Below, one piece after another: positions 8,005 to 17,245 of a stretch of 64,000 nt of DNA. Both the position numbers and the translations under genes were made by a program. The notes below the pieces were generated by a model that saw only the letters and a list, made by a program, of their open reading frames with translations, was not told the origin of the DNA and did not search any database. Each line of letters opens with the position of its first letter. Within the stretch, counting starts at the first letter, position 1. Source of the stretch: Candidatus Finniella inopinata (GTDB lineage Bacteria > Pseudomonadota > Alphaproteobacteria > Paracaedibacterales > VGCI01); assembly GCA_945877185.1 (NCBI GenBank), contig CAMCRD010000001.1, forward strand, positions 9,256-73,255, read 5' to 3'.

Positions 8005-9666
8005 TTATGCCCCGCGTGAAAATCTCTTGTTGGGGCCTCTTGTCGTCCCTGAAGGGTTAAAGCCGGAAGGCTTATTCTTAGGGCCGCTCCATGGTTTTCT
8101 TGGCGGTTGGCCACCGGGTTGAGCAGAAGATTCACCCCGCGGTTGCCACGTTTTGCCAGCAGGTTTGCGATCAGATGAACCCGAAGATTCGCCCCGTGGT
8201 TGCCATGTTTTGCCCGCAGGCTTGCGATCGGATGAACCAGAAGATTCTCCCCGTGATTGCCATGTTTTGCCAGCAGGTTTGCGATCGGATGAACCAGAGG
8301 ATTCCCCTCGCGGTTCCCATGTTCTACCAAAAGAGTTACCGGACGGTTGATCGGAACCTTCTCTGCGCGGTTGGCCCCATGATTTACCAGAAGACTCTTT
8401 TTTACGAGGAAAGTCTGGGCGCCCTTGATTGGCGCCACCATTGTTTGACCTTGCGCCATTCGAGCGTCCCTTATACGGTCTGCCCTGATTGGAACGACCG
8501 CCACCTTGATTGGCCGGTTCTTTGGGCGCGCCTGGATTCATCAACCGATTAATCGCATTCCATTTTGCATTATCATCCGGACAAATCAAACATAAGGCAT
8601 TCCCCTCAGTACCCGCTCGGGCTGTTCTGCCGATGCGGTGAATGTAATCTTCAGGACATTGTGGCAAATCATAGTTGATAACGTGCCGAATGTGAGGAAT
8701 ATCCAACCCACGCGCAGCAACATCTGTTGCGACCATAATTTTGGTTTTGCTATTGCGAAAGTGCAAGATCGCCCGATCCCGTTGCCGTTGCTTCAAATCA
8801 CCATGAATAGAATCGGCGCTTAAATCCTGACGGCGTAACTTCTCAGCAAGTTGATCAGCACCCCGTTTTGTCTTAACGAAGATAATGACCGACCCCTCCC
8901 GCTCATTCAGTTCCCTTAAGAGGTTTGGAAACTTTTCTCCAGCGGTGGTGCGGATAATTTCCTGCTTGATCTTTGGCGCAGCCTTTGTGGTTGAATCCAC
9001 GCTAACACGCTCCGGATCTTGTAAGTACTTTTGGGAAAGTTTAATAATGTTGGCCGGAAGTGTAGCAGAAAACATGAGTGTTTGACGCTCTTTTGACAAA
9101 TAGGGAGCAATTCTATCTAATTGAACGCTGAATCCCATATCCAGCATCCGGTCCGCTTCATCGACGACCAAAAAGCCTGTATGTTTTAAGCTCAGGCTGC
9201 CACGGGTCAAGTGATCACAAATACGTCCGGGTGTGCCCACGATAATACGCGGACGGCCTTTTAGTTGGGCGAATTGTTTTCCCATGGATTCACCGCCAAT
9301 AAGCAATGCCATATTGAATGCAGGACGCCTACCTAAAAGGAGGCGCAACGTATCCCGCACCTGCGCCGCAAGCTCTCGCGTGGGCGCTAAAACCAGCGCA
9401 TTACTGTTGGGGGATGCCAGCAAGCGTACCATCAAGGGCAGCGTGTAAGCCAGTGTCTTTCCTGTTCCGGTTTGAGCAGAAGCCATAACATCCTTGCCTT
9501 CAATGCAAAGGGCGATCGTGGCGGCCTGGATGGGGGTTGGGCAGCTAATGCCCATCTCTTTCAAGGCCAAGACAAGACTTTCCGGTAATGCGAACGAGTC
9601 AAAGGTTTCGATAGGTAATTTTGGAAGTGGTTGTTGGTCGGGTTGTTGATTGGGAACTGATGACAT
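8005..9666 (-). CDS. DEAD-box ATP-dependent RNA helicase (RhlE-like) with a repetitive basic C-terminal tail
   Basis: Q-motif region FDSFALPESL..PTPIQ, motif I AQTGTGKT, PTRELA, VVDEADRMLDMGF, SAT, and HRIGRTARAG. The tail contains repeated GESSGSSDRKPAGKTWQPR units. Confidence 0.9.
   Translation of the reverse strand: MSSVPNQQPDQQPLPKLPIETFDSFALPESLVLALKEMGISCPTPIQAATIALCIEGKDVMASAQTGTGKTLAYTLPLMVRLLASPNSNALVLAPTRELAAQVRDTLRLLLGRRPAFNMALLIGGESMGKQFAQLKGRPRIIVGTPGRICDHLTRGSLSLKHTGFLVVDEADRMLDMGFSVQLDRIAPYLSKERQTLMFSATLPANIIKLSQKYLQDPERVSVDSTTKAAPKIKQEIIRTTAGEKFPNLLRELNEREGSVIIFVKTKRGADQLAEKLRRQDLSADSIHGDLKQRQRDRAILHFRNSKTKIMVATDVAARGLDIPHIRHVINYDLPQCPEDYIHRIGRTARAGTEGNALCLICPDDNAKWNAINRLMNPGAPKEPANQGGGRSNQGRPYKGRSNGARSNNGGANQGRPDFPRKKESSGKSWGQPRREGSDQPSGNSFGRTWEPRGESSGSSDRKPAGKTWQSRGESSGSSDRKPAGKTWQPRGESSGSSDRKPAGKTWQPRGESSAQPGGQPPRKPWSGPKNKPSGFNPSGTTRGPNKRFSRGA
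8126..8296. repeat. 57-bp in-frame tandem repeat (3 clean copies, degenerate flanks to ~8353) in the helicase tail
   Basis: The unit start gaagattc recurs at 8126, 8183 and 8240, and as gaggattc at 8297, an exact 57-bp period. It encodes the 19-aa unit GESSGSSDRKPAGKTWQ(P/S)R on the minus strand. Confidence 0.9.
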
Positions 9667-10037
9667 AATATATTTATCCTTTTATGATTCATTGTTTTTT
9701 ATATTCCCAATTTATTCTGGAAATATCATAGTCGGCAGATGTTAGATCATCTTTTTGACGCAATGAAGATCAATAAAAGATAGTTAGATTATAAATCTTT
9801 TGTAAGTTGAAGACTTTTTTTGTAATCAAATATACTGTTGAGGATTTATGAGTCCTGCCATGTAAGGATACAATACAGTATATTTTCAAAATGTCAAGAA
9901 GATACTCATTGTGCATATACTTTTTTACTAGAATTTTTGAGAAATAAAAAACAAAGAAATAGAAAATCAAGGATGAATCCAAACAGCCTCTCGAAGCACC
10001 ATCAAGGATGCTTCAAGAAGCCGTTAGGTTAAAAATT

Positions 10038-10670
10038 TTACTTTTTCTCTTCTGGGAGTGTTGTTTCAGAAGCACTTTCAGGGGCTGCTTTATCAGCACC
10101 TTCTGATTTACCATGGTCTAAGTCCCCTTTATCATGAGCTGCTTTCTTGGCATGACGCTCTTCATCTCTCTTGGCTTTACGCTCCGCTGCTTTTGCCTTA
10201 CGCTCTTCGGCTCTTGCTTTGCGCTCTTCTGCTTTTGCTTTTTTCTCTTCCATTTGCTTTTCATGGGCAAGTTGGCGTTCATGTTTCTTAACGATCTGCT
10301 CAGCAGCCGCTAAGTCACGATGGCACATATCCCCATGCCTCTGGTGTTCATCCATATCTGGATTTTTCAAGGCTTCAATTTCAACGCCAGCTTTTTTGAG
10401 GTTATAGTCAAATTTAGCCTTCATTTTCGGGGACAAAGAAGCACCTGCATCCTTGATTTTTTCCATATGCTCTTCGCACTCTTTTACCATTTCATCAGCT
10501 GATTTAGCTGCATGTTTTTTTTCATGATGTCCATGATGCCCATGGTGTCCATGATGTTCGTGATGCTTTGAGCTATGGTCATCGTGATGAGCAACATTGG
10601 CAGAAACTTCAGAAGTTGCACCACAAGACAAAGCGACAGAAGCGAGCGCAGATAAAAGAATTCGTTTCAT
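10038..10670 (-). CDS. secreted histidine-rich protein with a lysine/glutamate-rich repeat tail
   Basis: The ATG at 10670 gives MKRILLSALASVALSCGATSEVSA (signal peptide), preceded by an AGAAAGG-like RBS. Next comes HHDDHSSKHHEHHGHHGHHGHHEKKH, and later KAKAEERKARAEERKAKAAERKAKRDEE. The 21-codon upstream extension in the ORF track is unlikely. Confidence 0.7.
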   Translation of the reverse strand: MKRILLSALASVALSCGATSEVSANVAHHDDHSSKHHEHHGHHGHHGHHEKKHAAKSADEMVKECEEHMEKIKDAGASLSPKMKAKFDYNLKKAGVEIEALKNPDMDEHQRHGDMCHRDLAAAEQIVKKHERQLAHEKQMEEKKAKAEERKARAEERKAKAAERKAKRDEERHAKKAAHDKGDLDHGKSEGADKAAPESASETTLPEEKK

Positions 10671-10915
10671 TTTTTGACCTTTCTTACAAATATACTTTTT
10701 ATTTATTAACTCTGCTTTTTCAAACAGATACATTCACCCAATCCGATAAGACACATTCTTAACACGCGGCAATAAACAAAAATCTTATGATAACTGGGCA
10801 GACCACGGCTCATTCTAGACAAAATTTTTAACAAATAGCAACAAAACTCCCACAAAGGTTTGCTGGATTTTTTGCCGCAAGATGCGCCATAAAGGAAGAT
10901 GAGATACGTGAACAA

Positions 10916-11896
10916 ATGGAACGAAGGAATATTTTTGTGGAAACCATCACCCTAACGGTTGAAAAAAGCGAAGGGAAACAACGTATAGATAAGTTTTTAG
11001 TTGCCCGTCTTTCCCCCCTCACCCGGACACGCATCCAAGCATTAATGGATGATCATCGGCTCACCTGTTGTAGCAAAATTATCACATCTCCGTCCCATAA
11101 AGTGAAGGAAGGCGAGGTGTACACCCTTCATATTCCTCAAATTCAAGAAGCCATTCCCCAAGCTGAAAACATTCCCCTTACTATTATTTATGAAGATAAA
11201 GATTTGTTGGTTCTTAACAAACCCGCAGGAATGGTCGTACATCCTGCACCAGGACATCGGGAATCCACCTTGGTTAACGCGCTCTTAGCCCATTGTGGGG
11301 AAAGCCTGTCCGGCATTGGGGGCATCCGACGACCTGGGATTGTTCATCGCCTCGACAAAGACACCAGCGGCTTGATGATTGTTGCCAAGAACGATATTGC
11401 TCACCAAGGTCTTTGCGCCCAATTTGCCAATCGCACCTTAAGCCGCTCTTATTGGGCTTTTGTCTGGGGAATCCCTCACCCCAAAGAAGGAACAATTGAA
11501 GGGGATATTGGAAGAAGCCCCCAGAACCGCCAAAAAATGGCCGTGGTTACCCGAGGGGGGAAAGCAGCCATTACCCATTATCGCGTCCTTAAATCTTACG
11601 TGGCAAAAGATGCCCCTTCACAAAGCATTTCTATGGTTTGTTGCGATTTAAAAACCGGCCTTACCCATCAAATTCGGGTGCATATGGCCCACATCGGCCA
11701 TCCTCTGGTGGGAGATCCTGTGTATGGTCGCACCCCCAAATGGGCAAAGAAGGCTTTTGATCCCGCCGTCGTTGGTTTCTCACGCCAAGCGTTACATGCT
11801 TTTGAATTAAGGTTCTTGCACCCCCGAACTGGGGAAAGCATGACCTTCGAAGCCCCCCTGTCCCCCGATTTAGAAATGTTGCTATCGTTTTTATAG
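10916..11896 (+). CDS. rluD: 23S rRNA pseudouridine synthase, RluA/RluD family
   Basis: N-terminal S4-like RIDKFLV, catalytic motif HRLDKDTSGLMIVAKN, and HQIRVHMAHIGHPLVGD. Confidence 0.85.
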   Translation: MERRNIFVETITLTVEKSEGKQRIDKFLVARLSPLTRTRIQALMDDHRLTCCSKIITSPSHKVKEGEVYTLHIPQIQEAIPQAENIPLTIIYEDKDLLVLNKPAGMVVHPAPGHRESTLVNALLAHCGESLSGIGGIRRPGIVHRLDKDTSGLMIVAKNDIAHQGLCAQFANRTLSRSYWAFVWGIPHPKEGTIEGDIGRSPQNRQKMAVVTRGGKAAITHYRVLKSYVAKDAPSQSISMVCCDLKTGLTHQIRVHMAHIGHPLVGDPVYGRTPKWAKKAFDPAVVGFSRQALHAFELRFLHPRTGESMTFEAPLSPDLEMLLSFL

Positions 11897-11961
11897 CGTT
11901 TGACCACAAAATCCGGTATTGATGGGTACATGATGACATTTCAAAAATATGAGACCTACCC

Positions 11962-14610
11962 ATGCTTGAAAAAACATTTGATCCCCAATCTTTAGAAGGT
12001 GAAATTTATAAGGCTTGGGAAGCGTCTGGCGCCTTTTCTTGTAATCCTTCCTCTGTGAAGAAACCTTACACCATCATGATGCCCCCCCCGAACGTGACGG
12101 GTAGCCTTCATGTTGGCCACGCTTTGACTTATACCATCCAAGATATTCTCATTCGCTTTAAGCGCATGCAAGGGTTTGACGTTTTGTGGCAACCAGGGAC
12201 AGATCATGCAGGGATCGCAACCCAATTTGTCGTAGAACGTCAATTGGCGGAAAAGGGCATCACACGCCAAGATTTAGGTCGAGATGCTTTTATTGAGAAA
12301 GTTTGGGAGTGGAAGAAAGAATCTGGGGACATGATCGTCCGGCAACAACGCCGCCTTGGCATTTCTCCCGATTGGACACGCCAGAAATTCACCCTCGATG
12401 AGGGCTTGAGCCAAGCGGTTATGAAGGTTTTCGTGGCTCTTTACAAAGAGGGATTGATTTACAAGGATAAGCGCTTGGTCAATTGGGACCCAAAGTTGCA
12501 AACGGCCGTATCTGATCTGGAGGTCGTCTCTGAAGAAGCAAAGGGGCACCTGTGGTATATTCAATACCCCCTTGTTGACCAACCAGGTCACTTCATCACG
12601 GTCGCCACAACACGGCCTGAGACCATGCTCGGCGATGTTGCCGTTGCGGTTCATCCAGAAGATAGCCGTTATCAGCATCTCATTGGGAAGCATGTCCAGT
12701 TGCCCCTAACCGACCGGACAATTCCTATTGTGGGTGATGACTATTGCGACCCCGAAAAAGGCAGTGGCGCGGTTAAGATTACCCCTGGCCATGATTTCAA
12801 TGACTTTGACGTTGGCCGTCGGCATGGCCTTCCCCTTCTGAATATTCTGGATAAAAGCGCCTGCATGAATGAAAATGTGCCCCTCGACTATCAAGGGCTA
12901 TCCATTGAAAAAGCCCGCGCCCAAGTTCTGGCTGATTTAGAAGAAGCGGGGCTTGTGGAGAAAATCGAGCCCATTGTAAACGCCGTTCCCTATGGGGAAA
13001 AGTCAGGTGTGCAAATTCAACCCTGGCTCACCGACCAGTGGTTTGTGGATGCAAAAACCTTGGCGATTCCCGCCATTAAAGCTGTAGAGGATGGGCGCAC
13101 ACGCTTTCTGCCCGAGCATTCCAATGCCACTTATTTCGAATGGCTGCGCAATATCCAACCGTGGTGTATCTCACGCCAAATCTGGTGGGGGCACCAGGTT
13201 CCTGTTTGGTATGGGTCGGATGGCCATGCGTTTGTTGAGGAAACCGAAGAGGCAGCCCAACTTGCAGCCGTCAGCTATTATGGAGAAGCCGCTGACCTCA
13301 TCCGTGATACAGACGTTCTGGACACCTGGTTTTCCTCGGCTCTTTGGCCCTTTTCAACCTTGGGATGGCCGCAAGAAACCGTTGAATTGAAGCGCTATTA
13401 TCCAACAGACGTTTTGGATACAGGCTTTGATATTATTTTCTTCTGGGTTGCCCGCATGATGATGATGGGCCTTCATTTTACAAAAGAAGTTCCCTTTAAA
13501 ACTGTCTATATCCACGGGATGGTGCGCGATGAAAAAGGCTCCAAAATGTCCAAAACAAAGGGAAATGTTATTGATCCTTTGATTTACATGGATAAGTTTG
13601 GCACCGATGCTTTACGCTTTACCCTGTCTTCCTTGGCTGTGCCGGGACGGGATCTGAAATTAGGCGAATCCCGCATTGAGAGCGGGCGCAACTTCATGAC
13701 GAAGATCTGGAATGCAGCCCGATTCTTGCAAATGAATGAATGTGCTTATAGCGAAGACTTTAATCCAAAAACTTGCCAACATACCGTCAATCAATGGATT
13801 GTAGGGCAAACGGCCCTCCTCACCGCTCAAGTTGTAGAAGCACTGGATTCCTACCGATTTGATGAAGCTGCCAGCCATATTTATCAATTCCTCTGGGGAA
13901 CCTACTGCGACTACTATCTGGAATTCCTGAAGCCCATTTTTAAGGATGAGGATTTAGCAACCGAAGCACGCCAAACAGCCGCGTGGGGATTTGTACAAGT
14001 CTTGAAAATTGCCCATCCCTTTATTCCCTTTATTACAGAAGTTCTTTGGAAAGAATTTACAGACAGTCAAAAGGGGTTACTCATAAGCCAACCTTGGCCT
14101 GAACCTCAGACAGAGGCTATCGATCCAACAGCGCGCCAAGAAATGGATTGGATTGTGCAAGTCATTGATGGTATTCGATCCCGTCGTGCAGAATTCAACG
14201 TTCCCCCCGGCTCTCTTTTGCCCATGCACGTTTATGAAGCAACGCCAGAGATTCAAGCCCGCCTCGCCCGTCATGAGGCCATTATCATCCGTCTGGGGCG
14301 CATTGAGGCGATTCACCCTTTTTCAGAAAAGCCACCCATGATGAAAGAGGCTGCTCTCTTTATTGTGGACCAAACACCGATCGCTTTGCCTTTGAGCGGC
14401 AGTATTGATATTCCAGCTGAAATCAAACGCCTTGACCAAGAGCTCGTGAAATTGACGCAAGAAATGGACAGCTGTAATGCTCGCCTCTCCAACGCTGATT
14501 TTATGGCAAGAGCCAAGAGCGAAATCATTGAGGAAATGCAAGAACGCCTCGAAGCCTTTGGCGCCCGAAAAGCGAAAATCGAAGAAGCGCTATCGCGCTT
14601 GCAGAGTTAA
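11962..14610 (+). CDS. valS: valine--tRNA ligase
   Basis: PPPNVTGSLHVGHAL (HIGH), KMSKTKGN (KMSKS), a C-terminal coiled coil, and 882 aa. Confidence 0.95.
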   Translation: MLEKTFDPQSLEGEIYKAWEASGAFSCNPSSVKKPYTIMMPPPNVTGSLHVGHALTYTIQDILIRFKRMQGFDVLWQPGTDHAGIATQFVVERQLAEKGITRQDLGRDAFIEKVWEWKKESGDMIVRQQRRLGISPDWTRQKFTLDEGLSQAVMKVFVALYKEGLIYKDKRLVNWDPKLQTAVSDLEVVSEEAKGHLWYIQYPLVDQPGHFITVATTRPETMLGDVAVAVHPEDSRYQHLIGKHVQLPLTDRTIPIVGDDYCDPEKGSGAVKITPGHDFNDFDVGRRHGLPLLNILDKSACMNENVPLDYQGLSIEKARAQVLADLEEAGLVEKIEPIVNAVPYGEKSGVQIQPWLTDQWFVDAKTLAIPAIKAVEDGRTRFLPEHSNATYFEWLRNIQPWCISRQIWWGHQVPVWYGSDGHAFVEETEEAAQLAAVSYYGEAADLIRDTDVLDTWFSSALWPFSTLGWPQETVELKRYYPTDVLDTGFDIIFFWVARMMMMGLHFTKEVPFKTVYIHGMVRDEKGSKMSKTKGNVIDPLIYMDKFGTDALRFTLSSLAVPGRDLKLGESRIESGRNFMTKIWNAARFLQMNECAYSEDFNPKTCQHTVNQWIVGQTALLTAQVVEALDSYRFDEAASHIYQFLWGTYCDYYLEFLKPIFKDEDLATEARQTAAWGFVQVLKIAHPFIPFITEVLWKEFTDSQKGLLISQPWPEPQTEAIDPTARQEMDWIVQVIDGIRSRRAEFNVPPGSLLPMHVYEATPEIQARLARHEAIIIRLGRIEAIHPFSEKPPMMKEAALFIVDQTPIALPLSGSIDIPAEIKRLDQELVKLTQEMDSCNARLSNADFMARAKSEIIEEMQERLEAFGARKAKIEEALSRLQS

Positions 14611-14663
14611 TGACTTTGGAAACCCAAGTTAAAACACAAGTATCACTAAATATCAATAGGTTA

Positions 14664-14812
14664 CGTCATTGCGAGGACTGCGAGCGAAGCGTGGCAGAAC
14701 GCGGCAATCTATGTATTTTTAAATATTTCAACGCAATATAATACTGGAAGAGGCTTTGAATACATGGATTGCCGCGTCCTGCCACGCTTCGCTCACAGTC
14801 CTCGCAATGACG
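14664..14812. repeat. MITE-like palindromic element, copy 1
   Basis: The left arm cgtcattgcgaggactgcgagcgaagcgtggcagaacgcggcaatc and the reverse complement of the right arm gattgccgcgtcctgccacgcttcgctcacagtcctcgcaatgacg differ at 2 of 46 positions. An AT-rich loop of ~57 bp separates them. The site is intergenic, after valS. A second copy lies at 41737..41874. Confidence 0.85.
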
Positions 14813-14903
14813 GAATAATTCGTTGATTTTAAAATATTATTTATTGGTGTTCAGTTAAAATCTAATCCATAACTTGGGTTGTTAATATATCTATGAGTAA
14901 CAA

Positions 14904-15959
14904 TTATACAAGTGGCTTAAAGTACCCTTCAATCATCTCTGGGGTCACATCGCTCAAGTTGGTGGAATTCCAGGAAGGGTTTTGATCTTTGTCAATCAAG
15001 ACCGCCCGAATTCCTTCAAAAAAATCAGGGGCCTCAACGCAATGTCGGCTGACCTGAAAATCAAGGGCCAAAATCTCTCTCAAGCCCATGCCTTTGGTTC
15101 GACGCAACAAAGCCAAGGCTAGTTTTAAGCTGGTGGGAGATTTCTTCAAACTCCCCTTTAACCACTCTCGAACGATGGGATTAGATTCTTGTTGAAGCGC
15201 TTCAAAAATCTCTTCAACTGTATTAAAGCCAAAACATCGGTCAATCAGATTCCGGTGTGTTTGAAGGAAGCAATCACTTTGTCCTCCTGCCGCATCTTGA
15301 AGGATATCATCCACTTCAGCTGATGATTGCGCTTCTGTTAAAGCCTGGTAAATTCCAGGAATCTCAAGAGATGCCAGGCGATGGGTTGCCAGCCCCGTAT
15401 AAAGCGCATCTTCTGCGGTGATGCTCTCCCCCAAGACCCCAAGAAACGTCCCAATTTCCCCGGGACAACGGTTAAGAAAATAACTCGCTCCAACATCTGG
15501 AAAGAACCCAATATTTACCTCCGGCATGGCCAGAACAGACCGCTCCGTGACAATGCGATGGCTGCCATGAATGGAAATCCCCATTCCGCCCCCCATGGCG
15601 ATGCCATCAATCAAAGCTATATAGGGCTTGGGATACATATGGATCATAAAATTCAAAAGATATTCTTCTTGAAAAATAGCGACCATATAATCTTCATCCC
15701 CCTTCAATCGGGCTTCATAGACAGACCGAACGTCCCCCCCCGCGCAGAAGGCTTTGCCAGAAGAGCTTTGGATGATGATGGTGCGAACGTCAGGATCGTC
15801 TTTCCACTCCATAAGCAACCGCGTTATCTCACGAATCATGGAAAGGGAAAGCGCATTCAGGGCTTTTGGGCGATTCAAGGTTATGACACCTGCATAACCG
15901 TCAACCTTAGAGAGAACATCTTGGCCATCGGCATTTTTTAAGGAGGGCATGATCGGCAT
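14904..15959 (-). CDS. enoyl-CoA hydratase/isomerase family protein, 3-hydroxyisobutyryl-CoA hydrolase-like
   Basis: GVITLNRPKALNALS, FCAGGDV, and GIAMGGGMGIS crotonase motifs. The ~350-aa length with a C-terminal extension is typical of HIBCH-type hydrolases. It sits 2 nt downstream of an acyl-CoA dehydrogenase gene. Confidence 0.75.
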   Translation of the reverse strand: MPIMPSLKNADGQDVLSKVDGYAGVITLNRPKALNALSLSMIREITRLLMEWKDDPDVRTIIIQSSSGKAFCAGGDVRSVYEARLKGDEDYMVAIFQEEYLLNFMIHMYPKPYIALIDGIAMGGGMGISIHGSHRIVTERSVLAMPEVNIGFFPDVGASYFLNRCPGEIGTFLGVLGESITAEDALYTGLATHRLASLEIPGIYQALTEAQSSAEVDDILQDAAGGQSDCFLQTHRNLIDRCFGFNTVEEIFEALQQESNPIVREWLKGSLKKSPTSLKLALALLRRTKGMGLREILALDFQVSRHCVEAPDFFEGIRAVLIDKDQNPSWNSTNLSDVTPEMIEGYFKPLV

Positions 15960-15961
15960 TT

Positions 15962-17104
15962 TTACACCTTCTCAAACAAATGGCGGACAATAATCACACG
16001 CATGATTTCATTGGTTCCTTCAAGGATTTGGTGAACCCGCAAATCCCTTAAATATCGTTCTACCTGATACTCTTTCATATAGCCATACCCTCCGTGAATT
16101 TGGAGGGCTTCATTCACGACAGAAAAACCGACATCAGTGGCAAACCGCTTGGCCATCGCACAGTGAAGCGGGGCATCCTTATGACCTTCTTCCAATAGGG
16201 TCGCGGCCTTATGAACCATCAAGCGTGCGGCTTCCAATTCCGTTGCCATATCGGCCAAGCGAAACTGAAGGGATTGAAATTCTTTCAATTTTTTGCCGAA
16301 TTGCTCCCGCTCCTCGACATACGCCAACGCCAGGTCCAAGCACGCTTGCGCTCCCCCTAAGGAACAGGCGGCGATGCTCAAACGCCCCCCATCCAGGCCC
16401 GTCATGGCAATTTTAAATCCCTCTCCTTCCACCCCTAATCGATTTGTCACAGGTACGCGTACCTGGTCAAATATTACAGATGTTGTGGGTTGGCTGCGCC
16501 ACCCCATCTTTTCTTCTTTTTTGCCAAAACTTAAGCCTGGTGTTCCTTTCTCCATAAGCAAGGCCGTAATGCCCTTTGGACCAGGCTCGCCTGTGCGGAC
16601 CATGCATAAATACAAATCACTCACACCACCGCCAGAGATAAAGGCTTTCGTGCCTGTAACGATATAATGGTCGCCGTCCAGGATAGCCTTTGTTTTGAGG
16701 GAAGCCGCATCACTGCCGGAGCTCGGTTCAGTCAAACAATAACTCGATAGCCATTCCATAGAAGTGAGCTTAGGTAACCATTTTTGATGTTGCTCGGCTG
16801 TTCCGAACCGATCAATCAGATAACTCACCATGTTGTGTATGGAAAGATAGGCAGACGTTGAAACGCAAGCCTTCGCCAACTCTTCAAATATGAGAACACT
16901 ATCGAGACGTTTAAGGCCCACACCACCTTGGTTTTCTTTGACCAATAGGCCCCCAAACCCTAATTCAGCAGCCTTTCGAAAGGTTGGTATGGGAAAAATC
17001 TCGTCTCGATCCCAGGTAGCTGCATAAGGGGCGAGCTGATCCCTGGCAAAATTCCTGGCTAACTCTTGGAAAGATAGTTGCTCAGGTGACAAAGAAAAAT
17101 CCAC
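15962..17104 (-). CDS. acyl-CoA dehydrogenase (short/branched-chain; isobutyryl-CoA dehydrogenase-like by context)
   Basis: CLTEPSSGSDA, the C-terminal QIHGGYGYMKEYQVERYLRD..ILEGTNEI signature, and 380 aa. Confidence 0.85.
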   Translation of the reverse strand: MDFSLSPEQLSFQELARNFARDQLAPYAATWDRDEIFPIPTFRKAAELGFGGLLVKENQGGVGLKRLDSVLIFEELAKACVSTSAYLSIHNMVSYLIDRFGTAEQHQKWLPKLTSMEWLSSYCLTEPSSGSDAASLKTKAILDGDHYIVTGTKAFISGGGVSDLYLCMVRTGEPGPKGITALLMEKGTPGLSFGKKEEKMGWRSQPTTSVIFDQVRVPVTNRLGVEGEGFKIAMTGLDGGRLSIAACSLGGAQACLDLALAYVEEREQFGKKLKEFQSLQFRLADMATELEAARLMVHKAATLLEEGHKDAPLHCAMAKRFATDVGFSVVNEALQIHGGYGYMKEYQVERYLRDLRVHQILEGTNEIMRVIIVRHLFEKV

Positions 17105-17245
17105 GACATCAACCTTTCAAAAATAAAGCTCTATGATCAAAAATAACGGAGAGTTGCTGAAATGTCCATAAAGGTGACGTCTTGCTAACAACCGAGGATT
17201 CTTCTATAAAACGGATAACACTGACGCGTCAAAAAGGAACAAGAC

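Noticed and set aside
7998-8552. ORFs 7998..8504 (-), 8091..8552 (+) and 8153..8350 (+), which have strikingly repetitive peptides
   Set aside because: They are alternative-frame or antisense readings of the 57-bp tandem repeat inside the DEAD-box helicase gene. The helicase frame is the only one continuous with conserved motifs. The periodic repeats have no unique spacers, so this is not a CRISPR array.
9770-10032. ORFs 9770..9982 (-) and 9838..10032 (+) in the helicase/His-rich-protein intergenic region
   Set aside because: These are very AT-rich, low-complexity peptides that overlap each other on opposite strands, with no RBS. The region is more likely promoter/UTR DNA.
15381-15941. 186-aa ORF antisense to the enoyl-CoA hydratase-family gene, and similar long antisense ORFs at 18829..19365, 31376..32088, 16293..16667, 38140..38505 and 44384..44818
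   Set aside because: Each lies within a confidently assigned gene on the other strand and shows no motif or start context.
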